This document shows positions 12,247 through 21,961 of a stretch of 33,169 nt of DNA, piece after piece. The stretch lies in assembly GCA_038210135.1 (NCBI GenBank), contig JBBQWZ010000056.1:1-33169 (forward strand), in the 5' to 3' direction. Made by a program: the position numbers and the translations under genes. Origin of the DNA: Bryobacterales bacterium (GTDB lineage: Bacteria; Acidobacteriota; Terriglobia; Bryobacterales; Bryobacteraceae). The notes beneath the pieces are model-generated. The model was not told the origin of the DNA. It searched no databases and worked only from the letters and a program-made list of their open reading frames with translations. Positions within the stretch are counted from its first letter, which is position 1. Each line of letters starts with the position of its first letter.

Positions 12247-12601
12247 GGGGGCGCAACGGATTCGACGGGATTGTGTCGATGTGGGAAGTCGTGCCGGGTT
12301 CCGAGCTCCCGTAAAACGATCGGAAAAACAAAACTGCCAACAATCAGCAGTTTGCATACGCTGCCTAATTAACTAGGTAGCCGTTTCGGCCACTGAGCCT
12401 GCGCGGTGGTTAGTAAACGTCATTTTGCAGGATAGGTCCAAAGCTTCCGTCTGGAGCTGAAAGCCGAGATCAATCAGGCTAAGCCGCGGCGCTCTTGCCG
12501 GTTCGTTATGTCGCGGACGAAAATCACCGAATCGGAAACGCACGTAGTCTTTTCATGTCGAGCTTTTTCGGACGCGGGTTCAACTCCCGCCGCCTCCACC
12601 A
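12247..12601 (+). ncRNA. ssrA: tmRNA (SsrA), 355 nt; tag reading frame GCC AAC AAT CAG CAG TTT GCA TAC GCT GCC TAA (tag peptide (A)ANNQQFAYAA)
   Basis: 5' GGGGGCGCAACGGATTCGACGGG and 3' GGACGCGGGTTCAACTCCCGCCGCCTCCACCA are near-identical to canonical tmRNA ends. Acceptor stem GGGGGCG/CGCCTCC has a G3:U wobble (alanine identity). T-loop GGTTCAACTCC. Encoded CCA. Tag ORF at 12336..12368 ends in YAA plus a TAA stop. Confidence 0.9.
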
Positions 12602-12608
12602 TTTCTTT

Positions 12609-12818
12609 ATGGCTATCCGTTTTCAACTTGAGTACTGGAAAGACGGCGAGTGGCTGGTTGGCCGCTTGCCGCAGGTTCCGGGCGTCTTTAGTCAGGGCGC
12701 GACGCTCGAGGAGTTGGAAGAGAACATTCGGGACGCGTATCGCATGATGCGGGATGAGCAGGATGCGGTTGAGATCCACGGCTCGGTGGAGACCAAGGAA
12801 ATCGAAGTCCTGGTTTGA
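12609..12818 (+). CDS. hicB: type II toxin-antitoxin system antitoxin, HicB family (UPF0150 domain only, 69 aa)
   Basis: MAIRFQLEYWKDGEWLVGRLPQVPGVFSQGATLEELEENIRDAY matches the HicB N-domain consensus (..dggyva.vPelPGc.sqGdTleEalenikeAi). Starts 8 nt after the tmRNA CCA end. 4-nt ATGA overlap with hicA. Confidence 0.7.
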   Translation: MAIRFQLEYWKDGEWLVGRLPQVPGVFSQGATLEELEENIRDAYRMMRDEQDAVEIHGSVETKEIEVLV

Positions 12819-13012
12819 AGCGGCGCGAGTTTGTTCGCGAACTCGCTAGTTCCGGCTGCGTGTTGAAGCGCGCCGGTGGACGCCACGACATCTACGAAAA
12901 TCTTGCAACGAATCGAACAGCACCCGTACCCCGGCATTCCGACATTTCCAACTCGCTTTGCGGCCTAATACGGCGACAACTCGGCTTGGTGAACCCGGGG
13001 GGCAAGAAGTAG
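12815..13012 (+). CDS. hicA: type II toxin-antitoxin system toxin, HicA family mRNA interferase (65 aa)
   Basis: MKRREFVRELASSGCVLKRAGGRHDIY...VPRHSDISNSLCGLIRRQLGL matches the HicA/YcfA consensus (mk.rel.k.L...G....rq.GSH.iy......vp.H.di..gll..Ilkqlgl). Confidence 0.75.
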   Translation: MKRREFVRELASSGCVLKRAGGRHDIYENLATNRTAPVPRHSDISNSLCGLIRRQLGLVNPGGKK

Positions 13013-13015
13013 CGC

Positions 13016-14011
13016 CTAGTTCGCCGGAGCCTGGTAGCCGTTGCGATGGCTGATCCGCAGCTTCACCTGATCTTCGCGCTCCGCCAAGGTCACCTTTACG
13101 CGGTGGAATTTGCCGTCGTTCGTTCCGGATTCGGGTGTGAACCCGACCAAGTATTGGTTCCGTAATTCCAACCCGATCCGGCTGCTGATTTCGGGCAGGC
13201 TGTCGAGATCGTCGGTCGGATAATGGCGTCCGCCGGTCTGGCCGGCGAGCTCGTCGAGCAGCTTGGGGCCGTTCTTCTCTTCGGGCGTGAGCCCTTCCGC
13301 GTTCTGATCGAAGATGCCGATCGCGTACACCAGCACATCCGCTTCGAGCAGATTGTTACGGATTTCTTTGAACGAATGCCGGCTGCGGTTGTCGCCTCCA
13401 TCCGAAATAATCAAGACTGCCTTGCGCGTATTCTTGGCCTTCTTCATTTGTACGACGGCCGTCTGCAACGCATCGTAGAGCGACGTACAGCCGAACGGCC
13501 TAACCTTCGCGACACGCCGGTACACCTCCGACCAGTCGCTCGTGAAGGGCACCGTTAAGCGGGGCCGGTCGTTGAATTCGATCAGAAAGAATTCGTCGTC
13601 GGGGTTTGCGTTCCGGAAGAACGCCGAGATTGCCTCGAGCGATTTCTTCATCTTGTTCCGCATGCTGCCGCTCGAGTCGAAAATGATTCCGACCGACAAT
13701 GGCGCATCGTCTTTTGCGAACGTCGTGATGGTTTGCTCGACCGAATCCTCGAACAGGTGGAAGTCCTTCCTGCCGAGATTCGTTACCGAGGTTCCGAGGT
13801 CCGTCGTCACACGCACCGGAATCATCACCAACGAAGCGTCCACCCGCACATCCGCCCGCGGAGTGTCTTCGGTGACTTCAAGAACCGGCGGCTTACGACG
13901 CGCGAAAGTCTCGCGGGCATCCTCCGGATTCGCTTGGAAAGCACCTGCGGACGCGGAAATGGCCAACAAAATCAGGACGTGGAACGCGATTCGGCGCAGC
14001 GATAAAAACAT
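13016..14011 (-). CDS. VWA domain-containing secreted protein (VWFA-related Acidobacterial domain type)
   Basis: 331 aa. Signal peptide. MIDAS motif DSSGSM and downstream VWA core (LIISDGGDN). Architecture typical of the Acidobacterial VWFA family. Confidence 0.8.
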   Translation of the reverse strand: MFLSLRRIAFHVLILLAISASAGAFQANPEDARETFARRKPPVLEVTEDTPRADVRVDASLVMIPVRVTTDLGTSVTNLGRKDFHLFEDSVEQTITTFAKDDAPLSVGIIFDSSGSMRNKMKKSLEAISAFFRNANPDDEFFLIEFNDRPRLTVPFTSDWSEVYRRVAKVRPFGCTSLYDALQTAVVQMKKAKNTRKAVLIISDGGDNRSRHSFKEIRNNLLEADVLVYAIGIFDQNAEGLTPEEKNGPKLLDELAGQTGGRHYPTDDLDSLPEISSRIGLELRNQYLVGFTPESGTNDGKFHRVKVTLAEREDQVKLRISHRNGYQAPAN

Positions 14012-14159
14012 CCGGCACGCTCTCCTCGTTGAAGAATAGGAACATTTATACCATTCCTCGCGAATGTGTGCGTGACGTTTTCGTACTGGGCCGGGGTAGC
14101 TGGCGTACTGCCGTTCCTAGGCCATTTTGTGAGTGAACCTGCCCATCCGGGCCGGGCCG

Positions 14160-16256
14160 CTACGGAATGAGCATCACAGGTGCCTGCCAGAAGGCGGCCT
14201 TCTGCCCAGTCGGATCGAGCACCGTCACCTGACAGTTGTATTCGCCCGGCGGCAGCTTGCTCAAAGAAAGGCTGAATTTCAGCGGAACCGTCTTCAGGCG
14301 ATTGTTCAAGCCTTCCGTGACCGAAAGCGGCGGAGTCTCGAAGGCTTTCGTCTGCCCTCTGTAAAAGGTCACAAAGGCAATCAGCGGCTGCACAGAGGTG
14401 GCGTTCGGCTGATAGGCCTGCAGGTAAACGTACATCTCGCGATTGCGGTTGAAGACGCGCGTCACGCTGGGGATCAGCTTCGCGCCATCCTGAACCAGCG
14501 GATTCGCGACTTCCGACTTGTCGTCTTTCTTAAGCGCGCTGTACAACGCATCTTTCAAATCGACGCGCTGGCTGCTCAGCACGACGGAGCTGATTGGAAT
14601 GCGCTTGTCTTCCTTGTTCAAATTCGGAATCAGGAACTTGGTTTCGAACGTGCCGATGCGGCCCGTTTCCGCGTCGCGCGCCAGGAACTTCACTTTGTAC
14701 TTTCCTGGAAGCAGCGTGAAGCCAGTGTCGTATTCGATGGGCCGCTTGCTGAGCTCGGCCGCCGTGGTGTCGGTGAGTTTCACGTCCACTTTGTCGCGGA
14801 CGTTCTGAATCGTGGTGCCGTACTCGTCTTTGATCTCGCCAATGAAATCGATGCGCGTGTGGTCGGCGCCACCCTTGCGCGCCAGAGCGAGTTCGCTGCC
14901 TGGAATCTTCGCGACGATAGGAACGAAATACTCTGCGCGATTCAGCTGAAAATAATCGATCTCCATCATGATGGTCAGCTCGGTCACAGGATCACCGAGC
15001 ATCAGCGCGTCTTCGAGCTGACGCTCCTTGTCGGCCGTCGTGAACTTGCCGAACTGCTTGCCGGCGAAGTAGCCCTGGCGGTATTCAAGATTCGCCGCCA
15101 TTCCGTTGTTAAGCGTAATTTTGATGCGGCGGAATTTGCCATCGAGCGCCGTGTTCGTTGTGTAGTACCCGAGGATGTAGTAGCTCGATACCGCGCGCTG
15201 GGCCTGCGCGATGCCCGCGCCGAGGTCGTTGCTGTCGAGTAACGCCTTGCCGCCGGTATCCGCGGCGATCGACCAAAGGGTATCTTGCGAGCGCTGGAAG
15301 TTGGTTTGCGCGGCCAAGGCAGCGCCGCCGGTGTACATCGCCTGACCGCCGGGCGAACCTTTCGTCGCGTCGCCGAGCGGAGCGGAAGCGATCAGGCCGC
15401 GCGCATCAATGGGCCAGAATGAGACTCCGGACCGGATCGCTGCGTTGATAGTTGCATGCAACTGCGCCTGGTTATCGACGCCGTTGAGGCGAAGTCCGCT
15501 GGCGAAGTAGATCAGCGATTTCTTTTCATTCAAGCCGCCCAGCATTTTCGCTGCGGTCTGTAGTGCCGAGAGTTGGCGATCGGTATTGAAGATATTGAAT
15601 TCGCCGTCGTTCTGTCCAAACGCCGCGCCGGTATCGGACGAACTCGAGTCGCCGGGATCGGTGCTGTTCTGATTTTCTCCAACGATCAACGTTTGCAGGA
15701 CGCTGAGCAGGCGCTCGCGATCGTCGGTGAAATCCTGATGGACCAGCACGGCGCCACCGCTGAACACCATGATGCACATCAGGTCCGCGGGTGTCATTTG
15801 CGTACGGATGAATTTCTGCGAGGCGGTTAGCGCGCGGAGCTGATCCGGCTCCTGCATCGCTGTCATATCGAAGTAGAGCGCGAGCAACCGCTTGTCGCGG
15901 TAGCGGCTTCCGCCCGGCTGCTCCGGTGCGATTTGTGTTTTGGTCAGCTTGTCGAACGGCCGCGGACGGCCGAGGTCGGTGGTTTGGGCCGGCGGCGCTT
16001 TCGGAAGTTCGTCCAGCTTTTGGAATTCGAAAAACTTAATCGCCTGCGGTGCGCCGTCTTCGGTCACGGTGAAATCCTTCGCCGTGAGGCCTTCGATGGT
16101 TTTGCCGCTTTTGTCCTTGACCACCACAGTCTCGACCACCAGTTGGGAACTGGTCTGAAACGTAGCGGCGTCCTTTGCGGCGGCAGCGTTCTGGCCGACC
16201 TGCTGGGCGTTCGCAATCAGCGCTCCGACCAGCAAAAAGACAATGCCGTTTCGCAT
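14160..16256 (-). CDS. VWA domain-containing secreted protein, large paralogue (698 aa)
   Basis: Signal peptide MRNGIVFLLVGALIANAQ. Central VWA-like region (ALYFDMTAMQ...IMVFSGG...). Paralogous to the 13016..14011 product. 4 nt downstream of the TonB-dependent receptor gene. Confidence 0.75.
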   Translation of the reverse strand: MRNGIVFLLVGALIANAQQVGQNAAAAKDAATFQTSSQLVVETVVVKDKSGKTIEGLTAKDFTVTEDGAPQAIKFFEFQKLDELPKAPPAQTTDLGRPRPFDKLTKTQIAPEQPGGSRYRDKRLLALYFDMTAMQEPDQLRALTASQKFIRTQMTPADLMCIMVFSGGAVLVHQDFTDDRERLLSVLQTLIVGENQNSTDPGDSSSSDTGAAFGQNDGEFNIFNTDRQLSALQTAAKMLGGLNEKKSLIYFASGLRLNGVDNQAQLHATINAAIRSGVSFWPIDARGLIASAPLGDATKGSPGGQAMYTGGAALAAQTNFQRSQDTLWSIAADTGGKALLDSNDLGAGIAQAQRAVSSYYILGYYTTNTALDGKFRRIKITLNNGMAANLEYRQGYFAGKQFGKFTTADKERQLEDALMLGDPVTELTIMMEIDYFQLNRAEYFVPIVAKIPGSELALARKGGADHTRIDFIGEIKDEYGTTIQNVRDKVDVKLTDTTAAELSKRPIEYDTGFTLLPGKYKVKFLARDAETGRIGTFETKFLIPNLNKEDKRIPISSVVLSSQRVDLKDALYSALKKDDKSEVANPLVQDGAKLIPSVTRVFNRNREMYVYLQAYQPNATSVQPLIAFVTFYRGQTKAFETPPLSVTEGLNNRLKTVPLKFSLSLSKLPPGEYNCQVTVLDPTGQKAAFWQAPVMLIP

Positions 16257-16260
16257 GCCG

Positions 16261-19200
16261 TTAGAACCTCAATCTCATGGTGGTCTGGACGCTCCGCATC
16301 GCGTTCGCTGTCAGCGGGAGCCCGAATTGCGCGTTCCCGACGATGGTGTTCCAACTGGGGTACGTCGGATGGTTCAGAGCGTTTGCGGCATCGATCCGAG
16401 CATCGAGGCTGATCCGATCATGAAAGCGGAACGTGCGGCTCAGCGATCCGCCCAGAACGAATTGATTCGGTCCGGTGATCGAATTTCGTCCGGCGTTGCC
16501 CCAATGGCCGGCGGCCGGAGCGACGAACGCTGCTGGATTCAGGTTGAGGCCCGCGGGTGCCGCCGTCACCGACGCACCGGTGTAGTCGGGTCTCAGGTTT
16601 CCGGTAAAGCCGGTGCCGCTGACCGCGGAAAGATAAACCGGCGTCAGCGGCAGGCCGCTGCCCAGCGTCGTGTTCGTGGTGAAAGTCCATTCCTTCAGAA
16701 CCGCGGCGCGCCAGCCGGACATCAGCGCTCCGCCGCGCAGTCCCATGCCGGCGGTGTACTGGGTTTGGATGGTCAACAAGTGGCGCTGGTCGAAATTCGA
16801 AAGCCCGCGTTCGGAGCTGAGATCCAGCCAGTTCTGCGCGATCAGTGACGCCGACTGGCCGCGTCCGCCGAGGATGGCGTTATCGATCGACTTCGAATAC
16901 GTATAGTTGAGGCTCGCAGCGACGCCGCTGTGAAGGCGGCGGCGAAGCTGGAATTGTCCCGATTCGCGCGTCGAATTTCCGTTCGAAGTCAGGTACGTAA
17001 ATCCGGCCGGACCGACCGCGCCGGTCGGATAGGTGTTGGGCAGAAACGCCTGCATACCGCGCGTTCCTTTGATTCCGAGATAGGTCGCCTGGAAAACCAG
17101 CGCGCCGGGCAAATCGCGCTGCACGGAAACTTGCCAGTTGTGCGCGTACCCGACCTGGAAATTAGGATCGACGGCGAAGGTGTTCGGCGTGATGCCGGCC
17201 GCCACGTTGAAACCGTTCGCGAGCGTCAACGGATTCGCGGCGGTGTTCTGCACGCTGAGGCTCTTCGAGAGCGGGGACTGCTGTGCCATCTGCGTCGCGA
17301 TCGACTGGTAAACGGAGGTGTTGTAATACAGCCCGTAGCCCGCGCGGACGATCGTTGAGGACGCGGCAAACGGTCTCCAAGAGAGGGCGACGCGCGGCTG
17401 AAAGCCGTGCTTGTCAGGCCGGACCAGCGAATCCGGATACGCCTCGCCGGTGAGCGTTCCTTTCGGATTCGTTGCCAGAACCGGAGCTTGTGCGAGGAAG
17501 CCGGGCGTGATGTCGAGATTCACCAGACGGCCGTAGAGTTCGGTAATCGGAGATCCGTATTCCCAACGGACTCCGGCATTGATCGTCAAACCGGGGTTCA
17601 CTCGCCAGTCGTCGGTCACGTAGGCGTCGTAGGCTCCGGCGCGCAGATATTTGTCCGCGTTACCGAACGCGATCGAACTGGTATCCGGCACGCCGAGGAG
17701 ATAGCCGGCCAGTGCCGAGCCTGACTGCGGAAGCGGCTGGCCGTTCACGACGCCTTGCGTCGCCGCTCCGGTAAACGTAAACGTCCCACGCGGATCCTGT
17801 TGCGAGAGCAAATTGAATTGCTGCTTCCGCAGGTCGCCGCCAAAGGAAATCGAATGGCGTCCGCGATTCCAGAATCCAGCGACGGAAAATGCGTTCGTCT
17901 GATTGCGAACCAGAGACTGCTGCGCGTCGGAGAGTCCACTGATGCCACTCGCGAAGGTCAGCTGCGGCGGACCCCAATTGCGCGATTCCTGATTGTTGCC
18001 GGTAATTCCGGCATTTCCCGAGATATTTTCGCGATCCGCAAAGAACGGCGTGAAGCGAATATTCTGGCGGCTGTATTGAAATCCGAAGGTCAGCGAGAGC
18101 CGTGTCGTGATGGCGCGGCGCCAATTCGCGCTCGCATTTAAGCCCAACGAACGCGAGGCATCGAGGAACGAGAACAGATTCGGATTACTGGTGCGGGTGC
18201 TCTGGAACGAAAACGCGCCGGATAGCTGGTTCTTCCGGCCGAGCGTTTTGTTGAGCCGCGTTTGCAGGCTATCCTGATGGACCGCGCCGACCAGCGGGAT
18301 CTGATAGTTGTATCGCGTTCCACCCGCGAAATTGGGAACCGGATACAGAGCGAGCAGCGCGCGCGCTTGAGCGCTGATGCGGTCTTTGGGAATGATATTG
18401 CCGGAGAAGGGAAGCCCGGATTTGGGATCGTAAATCGGCGCGGCGGTCGCCGAAAGGTCGCCGGTTCGCTCGAGCGCGGTCGGCATCAGGCCGGTGCCGA
18501 CGCTCGCATTGCGGTCGCGAGTCCACTGGTAATTGACCGTGAAATTCGGGCCGTTCGGTAACAGACGCGGAATTTTCAGCGGACCTCCGAACGAGAACGT
18601 CGCGGTGAGATGGTTGAAATCCGGCTTGGGCGTATCCTGGCCGGTGATCGAATAGGACCGCGCATCCAGGTTGGAGTTATCGACGATCAGGCCGATGTTC
18701 CCGTTATAAAGCGAGCGCGCGCCGCGTCGATTGTTCCCGAATGCGCCGGCCAGACCGAACGGCGTACTCGCGGAATTGTTGCTGCTGCCATTGATTAGGA
18801 ATCCATCAGCCGCTTTCTGATTCAGTTCCGCGGCGGATTCGGCGGTCGGTTCCGCGGCGGCAACCGCCGGAGCGCCCGGCGCTTTTTGGGTCGCGTTGAC
18901 CTCGGCGCGTTGGAACCCGATCGGCGTGTTCGCGGACGCGATGGGTGCGCCTTTGCCTTTTGGCGGTTTTTTATTGGAAGCCGCGGTGACCGTCGAAGCC
19001 GAAGTGATCGAGACCGAAGTCGGCGGGGGCGCGGCGACCGCCGCCGCGTGGATCTCTGCGATCGGCTGCATCTTCAAATCAAATTCAAAACCAGGCGCGT
19101 TGGGGGCGACCGTCACTTCCTGCTTGAATGGCACGAAGCACAGCATTTCAATTTCAACCGCCCAGACTCCATCGGGGAGATCCGCGAACGAATACGCGCC

Positions 19201-19365
19201 GGCGGCATCGCTAATCGTCGCGAAGTGCTGTTCGCCGCGCGAGATTTTGACGGTGGCTCCGGGAAGCGGAAGTCCGCCGAACCGCACCTGCCCTTTGTGT
19301 TCCGATGCGAGAAGCGCGGCGATTTGTAGCCAGACTACAGCGCAATAGCGAAGGTATTTCTTCAT
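16261..19365 (-). CDS. TonB-dependent outer-membrane receptor with N-terminal carboxypeptidase-regulatory-like domain
   Basis: 1034 aa. Signal peptide. CarbopepD_reg-like beta-sandwich (GATVKISRGEQHFATISDAAGAYSFADLPDGVWAVEIE). Long beta-barrel region rich in Gly/Asn/Tyr ending with the aromatic C-terminus ...MRLRF typical of TBDRs. Confidence 0.85.
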   Translation of the reverse strand: MKKYLRYCAVVWLQIAALLASEHKGQVRFGGLPLPGATVKISRGEQHFATISDAAGAYSFADLPDGVWAVEIEMLCFVPFKQEVTVAPNAPGFEFDLKMQPIAEIHAAAVAAPPPTSVSITSASTVTAASNKKPPKGKGAPIASANTPIGFQRAEVNATQKAPGAPAVAAAEPTAESAAELNQKAADGFLINGSSNNSASTPFGLAGAFGNNRRGARSLYNGNIGLIVDNSNLDARSYSITGQDTPKPDFNHLTATFSFGGPLKIPRLLPNGPNFTVNYQWTRDRNASVGTGLMPTALERTGDLSATAAPIYDPKSGLPFSGNIIPKDRISAQARALLALYPVPNFAGGTRYNYQIPLVGAVHQDSLQTRLNKTLGRKNQLSGAFSFQSTRTSNPNLFSFLDASRSLGLNASANWRRAITTRLSLTFGFQYSRQNIRFTPFFADRENISGNAGITGNNQESRNWGPPQLTFASGISGLSDAQQSLVRNQTNAFSVAGFWNRGRHSISFGGDLRKQQFNLLSQQDPRGTFTFTGAATQGVVNGQPLPQSGSALAGYLLGVPDTSSIAFGNADKYLRAGAYDAYVTDDWRVNPGLTINAGVRWEYGSPITELYGRLVNLDITPGFLAQAPVLATNPKGTLTGEAYPDSLVRPDKHGFQPRVALSWRPFAASSTIVRAGYGLYYNTSVYQSIATQMAQQSPLSKSLSVQNTAANPLTLANGFNVAAGITPNTFAVDPNFQVGYAHNWQVSVQRDLPGALVFQATYLGIKGTRGMQAFLPNTYPTGAVGPAGFTYLTSNGNSTRESGQFQLRRRLHSGVAASLNYTYSKSIDNAILGGRGQSASLIAQNWLDLSSERGLSNFDQRHLLTIQTQYTAGMGLRGGALMSGWRAAVLKEWTFTTNTTLGSGLPLTPVYLSAVSGTGFTGNLRPDYTGASVTAAPAGLNLNPAAFVAPAAGHWGNAGRNSITGPNQFVLGGSLSRTFRFHDRISLDARIDAANALNHPTYPSWNTIVGNAQFGLPLTANAMRSVQTTMRLRF

Positions 19366-19430
19366 TTCGTTGTTGCCGGCTGCGATTTCGTTTTTGCCGC
19401 CTGGAAGTAGATGACGAGACTTCGGCGGAA

Positions 19431-20312
19431 TTAGTTCTCGACGGGCTTTTCAATTTTGTCGATGATTAGCAGATCGACGGGACCTTTTTGTCCTTCTAGT
19501 TTCAGGCCAAGCTGCTCTTGCACGGCTGTAAAGACCGACGGACCGGCGCTATCGACCGGCGCCGCGGTGTCACCACCCACCTCGCGCGGACCCTGGACCT
19601 GACTATCATCGGGGGTCCAGTCGAGCTTGATATCGTACAAACCCTTGAGCCCGGTGTTATCGACCACCCGCCGACCCAGTTGGTTCGACAGTTGGGTCGC
19701 CAGCATGTCGATCGGAACGCCTTGCGCGTCGATCGAGCCGCGCCCCATGCGAACGGTTCCGGCACGCGGACCGCCGGGTCCAACAGGGCCTCCTGGACCA
19801 GGGCCGCCCGGCCTGCCGCCAGGTCCGCCCGGTCCAGGTCCACCGCCGAGTTCGCCTTCATCGTCTGCGACCTTTTTCATTTTCGAGGCGCCTTTTCCCA
19901 GCACCAACACGTACCCCATGACTTCTTTCGTCTCGCGATGAAAGGTCATCTGGAAACGCTCCGCGAGTAGCGCCTGAAGCATCGGCTTTAATTGCTCGGG
20001 GGATGCAGCTCCTTCGGCTTTTGCGGTGATGTCGTAGCGTTCGGAACTGACCCAGCCGGGCGCACCTACAATCTGGAAATCACGAATGCCGAACGCCTGC
20101 TGCATTAGAAACCGAACGTTCACATTCTTGGCGGTAAAACGCCCGCCCGGAGAAATCTGGATCTGGATGCCACGAGCGCCGGGCGCCGCCGGCTTGATCG
20201 AGGCAACCTCGAACTGCTGGGCAAACGCAACCTGCGAAACAATCAACAGGCCTGCGGCAATTTGAGCCGCCGCGAATCGTCTACTTCCCCGGATCTGCGC
20301 GAAACACTTCAT
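19431..20312 (-). CDS. TIGR03435-family (Solibacter-type) exported protein, candidate periplasmic sensor partner of the M56 peptidase; contains a Gly/Pro low-complexity insert
   Basis: Internal Met start gives signal peptide MKCFAQIRGSRRFAAAQIAAGLLIVSQVAFAQ followed by the family-typical QFEVASIKP motif. Insert GGGPGPGGPGGRPGGPGPGGPVGPGGP. Sits directly downstream of blaR1-like gene. Confidence 0.65.
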   Translation of the reverse strand: MKCFAQIRGSRRFAAAQIAAGLLIVSQVAFAQQFEVASIKPAAPGARGIQIQISPGGRFTAKNVNVRFLMQQAFGIRDFQIVGAPGWVSSERYDITAKAEGAASPEQLKPMLQALLAERFQMTFHRETKEVMGYVLVLGKGASKMKKVADDEGELGGGPGPGGPGGRPGGPGPGGPVGPGGPRAGTVRMGRGSIDAQGVPIDMLATQLSNQLGRRVVDNTGLKGLYDIKLDWTPDDSQVQGPREVGGDTAAPVDSAGPSVFTAVQEQLGLKLEGQKGPVDLLIIDKIEKPVEN

Positions 20313-20491
20313 GATCTCTCCATTCTGTAATGACGATCTGCAAGCGGCCGGCGTGGAAACGGGCACAGCTTTAGCTGATATTTCGCAGACAGATGCTTGC
20401 TATTCGCTTTTCCCTCGCCCGAAGTTCCAAAATACGCGGTCCGTTGGCGAATGGATCCTTGCAAGCGGAGGTGTACAGCGCGATTCGAGGG

Positions 20492-21457
20492 TCAGCCGAC
20501 CAGCATTTCAAGAAGCTCGTGGACCGCCTCCTGCGAACTGGCGCCAAGAACGACCGCCAATCCGAGAACCGTAACCGTTCCCGCCGCGATCCAGATCCGC
20601 TGGCGACGGGTGCAGAGCGGAGCCACGGGCGCATTTTTCAAGAGCCGCTCCACGCGGGCGGGAAGCTCTTCTTGGGCGTCCAATAAAGGCGTCGCCAGCG
20701 CGGAGCTTCGCGCCGAAGCGGAGAGTCGCGCCATTCGGACCAGCGCTCCGGCGAGCGCAAGCGACCGCGCCGGACGTCCCTCGCAAGCTTGATCGTCGGC
20801 CGACCATTCGGCAAACCGGCGCCAGGATGCATCCAATCGCTCGAAGCCGTGGCGGCCTGGCAGAAGGCCCGGTGCCAGGATCAGGGCCAACCGCTTCCAA
20901 TTGTCGCGTGAGTTCAGGTGGGCGCGTTCATGCCGCAAGGCCGAGGCCAGCTGCGACGTCGAGAGTATCCGCGCCACCGGGCCGGAAATGACAATTTGCG
21001 GCCGGGCTAATCCCATTACCGCGAGCAGCCGGGTGGGATCGTCGACGATCAGAACGGGAGAACTTCCGCGAGACGCGCGTCCCACGCGGCGGCATTCTTT
21101 CACCAGGCGCGAGGAATGCAGGCACGCCCGGAGCGTCCGGTGCAACGACGCGCCGAGGACCCATAAACCGCAGGCTGCCGCCGTTCCGCACAGCAAGCCG
21201 ATTGGCTCCTCCGCGGTGAGGGGCTCGAATCGCAAATAGCTGGGCACGCAATAAACCGCGACGAAGAACAGGGCGCAGGCGACCGGAAGCAGGCGGAGGG
21301 CGAACGTGAAACGCGCCGCCGTTTCAGCGCGCCACCGCGAGATGCGGCGTACCACCGGACCGAAGAGCCGGACCACCGCGAATCCCGCCGCCAGGTTCAT
21401 CAGAAAAAAGACGGCGAGACTCAAGCACAGCATCCGGAAAATATATTCGGATGTCAT
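20492..21457 (-). CDS. BlaR1/MecR1-like M56 family regulatory metalloprotease, truncated type (no C-terminal penicillin-binding sensor domain)
   Basis: 321 aa. 4 TM helices. HExxH zinc motif (RHERAHLNSRDNW). The 4-nt start overlap with the blaI-like gene is typical of blaI-blaR1 operons. Only 321 aa, versus about 585 aa for sensor-containing BlaR1. Confidence 0.8.
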   Translation of the reverse strand: MTSEYIFRMLCLSLAVFFLMNLAAGFAVVRLFGPVVRRISRWRAETAARFTFALRLLPVACALFFVAVYCVPSYLRFEPLTAEEPIGLLCGTAAACGLWVLGASLHRTLRACLHSSRLVKECRRVGRASRGSSPVLIVDDPTRLLAVMGLARPQIVISGPVARILSTSQLASALRHERAHLNSRDNWKRLALILAPGLLPGRHGFERLDASWRRFAEWSADDQACEGRPARSLALAGALVRMARLSASARSSALATPLLDAQEELPARVERLLKNAPVAPLCTRRQRIWIAAGTVTVLGLAVVLGASSQEAVHELLEMLVG

Positions 21458-21897
21458 GGCTCGCGCTGCTTTCCCAGTTCTTCCCGCTTCAACTTGATGC
21501 GGCGTTCCAACTCGTCGAGGATCGCCTCGTCGTGCTGAGTGGCCGCATCCACCAGGCAGGAAACCAGCAGTTCCCGAGACTGCAGCGGGCCTTCGAGGAA
21601 GGGCGCGATAAATTCGTTCGCGCGCTGGCGCTCGATCTCTTGCTGCGTGTACCGGGCGGAGTAGCGGAAAGCGCGGTCCACCTTGGTTCGCATCAGCAGG
21701 CCCTTTTTATACAAGCGATCGAGGGTCGTCATCACCGTCGTGTAGGCGAGAGGCCGCGTCAAAAAACCAGCCACTTCGCGAACGTTTTTCTCGCCGTGGT
21801 TCCAAAGGACTTCGATCACGGAAAATTCAAGATGTCCGAGAAGAGCAGCCGAAGCTTTCAAACCACTGCTCGAGTTGTTGCGAAAAGGTGTTGGCAC
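21454..21897 (-). CDS. BlaI/MecI/CopY family transcriptional repressor
   Basis: Winged-helix penicillinase-repressor N-domain (LEFSVIEVLWNHGEKNVREVAGFL...TTVMTTLDRLYKKGLL). GTG start; exact start uncertain. Confidence 0.85.
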   Translation of the reverse strand: MPTPFRNNSSSGLKASAALLGHLEFSVIEVLWNHGEKNVREVAGFLTRPLAYTTVMTTLDRLYKKGLLMRTKVDRAFRYSARYTQQEIERQRANEFIAPFLEGPLQSRELLVSCLVDAATQHDEAILDELERRIKLKREELGKQREP

Positions 21898-21912
21898 AGA
21901 GCTTTACGGCCG

Positions 21913-21932
21913 CCTTCGCAGCCAATCGAAGG
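21913..21932. promoter_or_regulatory. inverted repeat CCTTCG-N8-CGAAGG in the blaI leader (candidate operator), with TATACT -10-like hexamer just upstream on the minus strand
   Basis: Read from sequence. Position is between a -10-like element and the blaI start. Confidence 0.3.
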
Positions 21933-21961
21933 AGTATAGCATCGGCGGCGCGCGGGACGGA

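Noticed and set aside
14133-15242. 369-aa plus-strand ORF
   Set aside because: Antisense to the 698-aa VWA gene. Arg-rich artefact.
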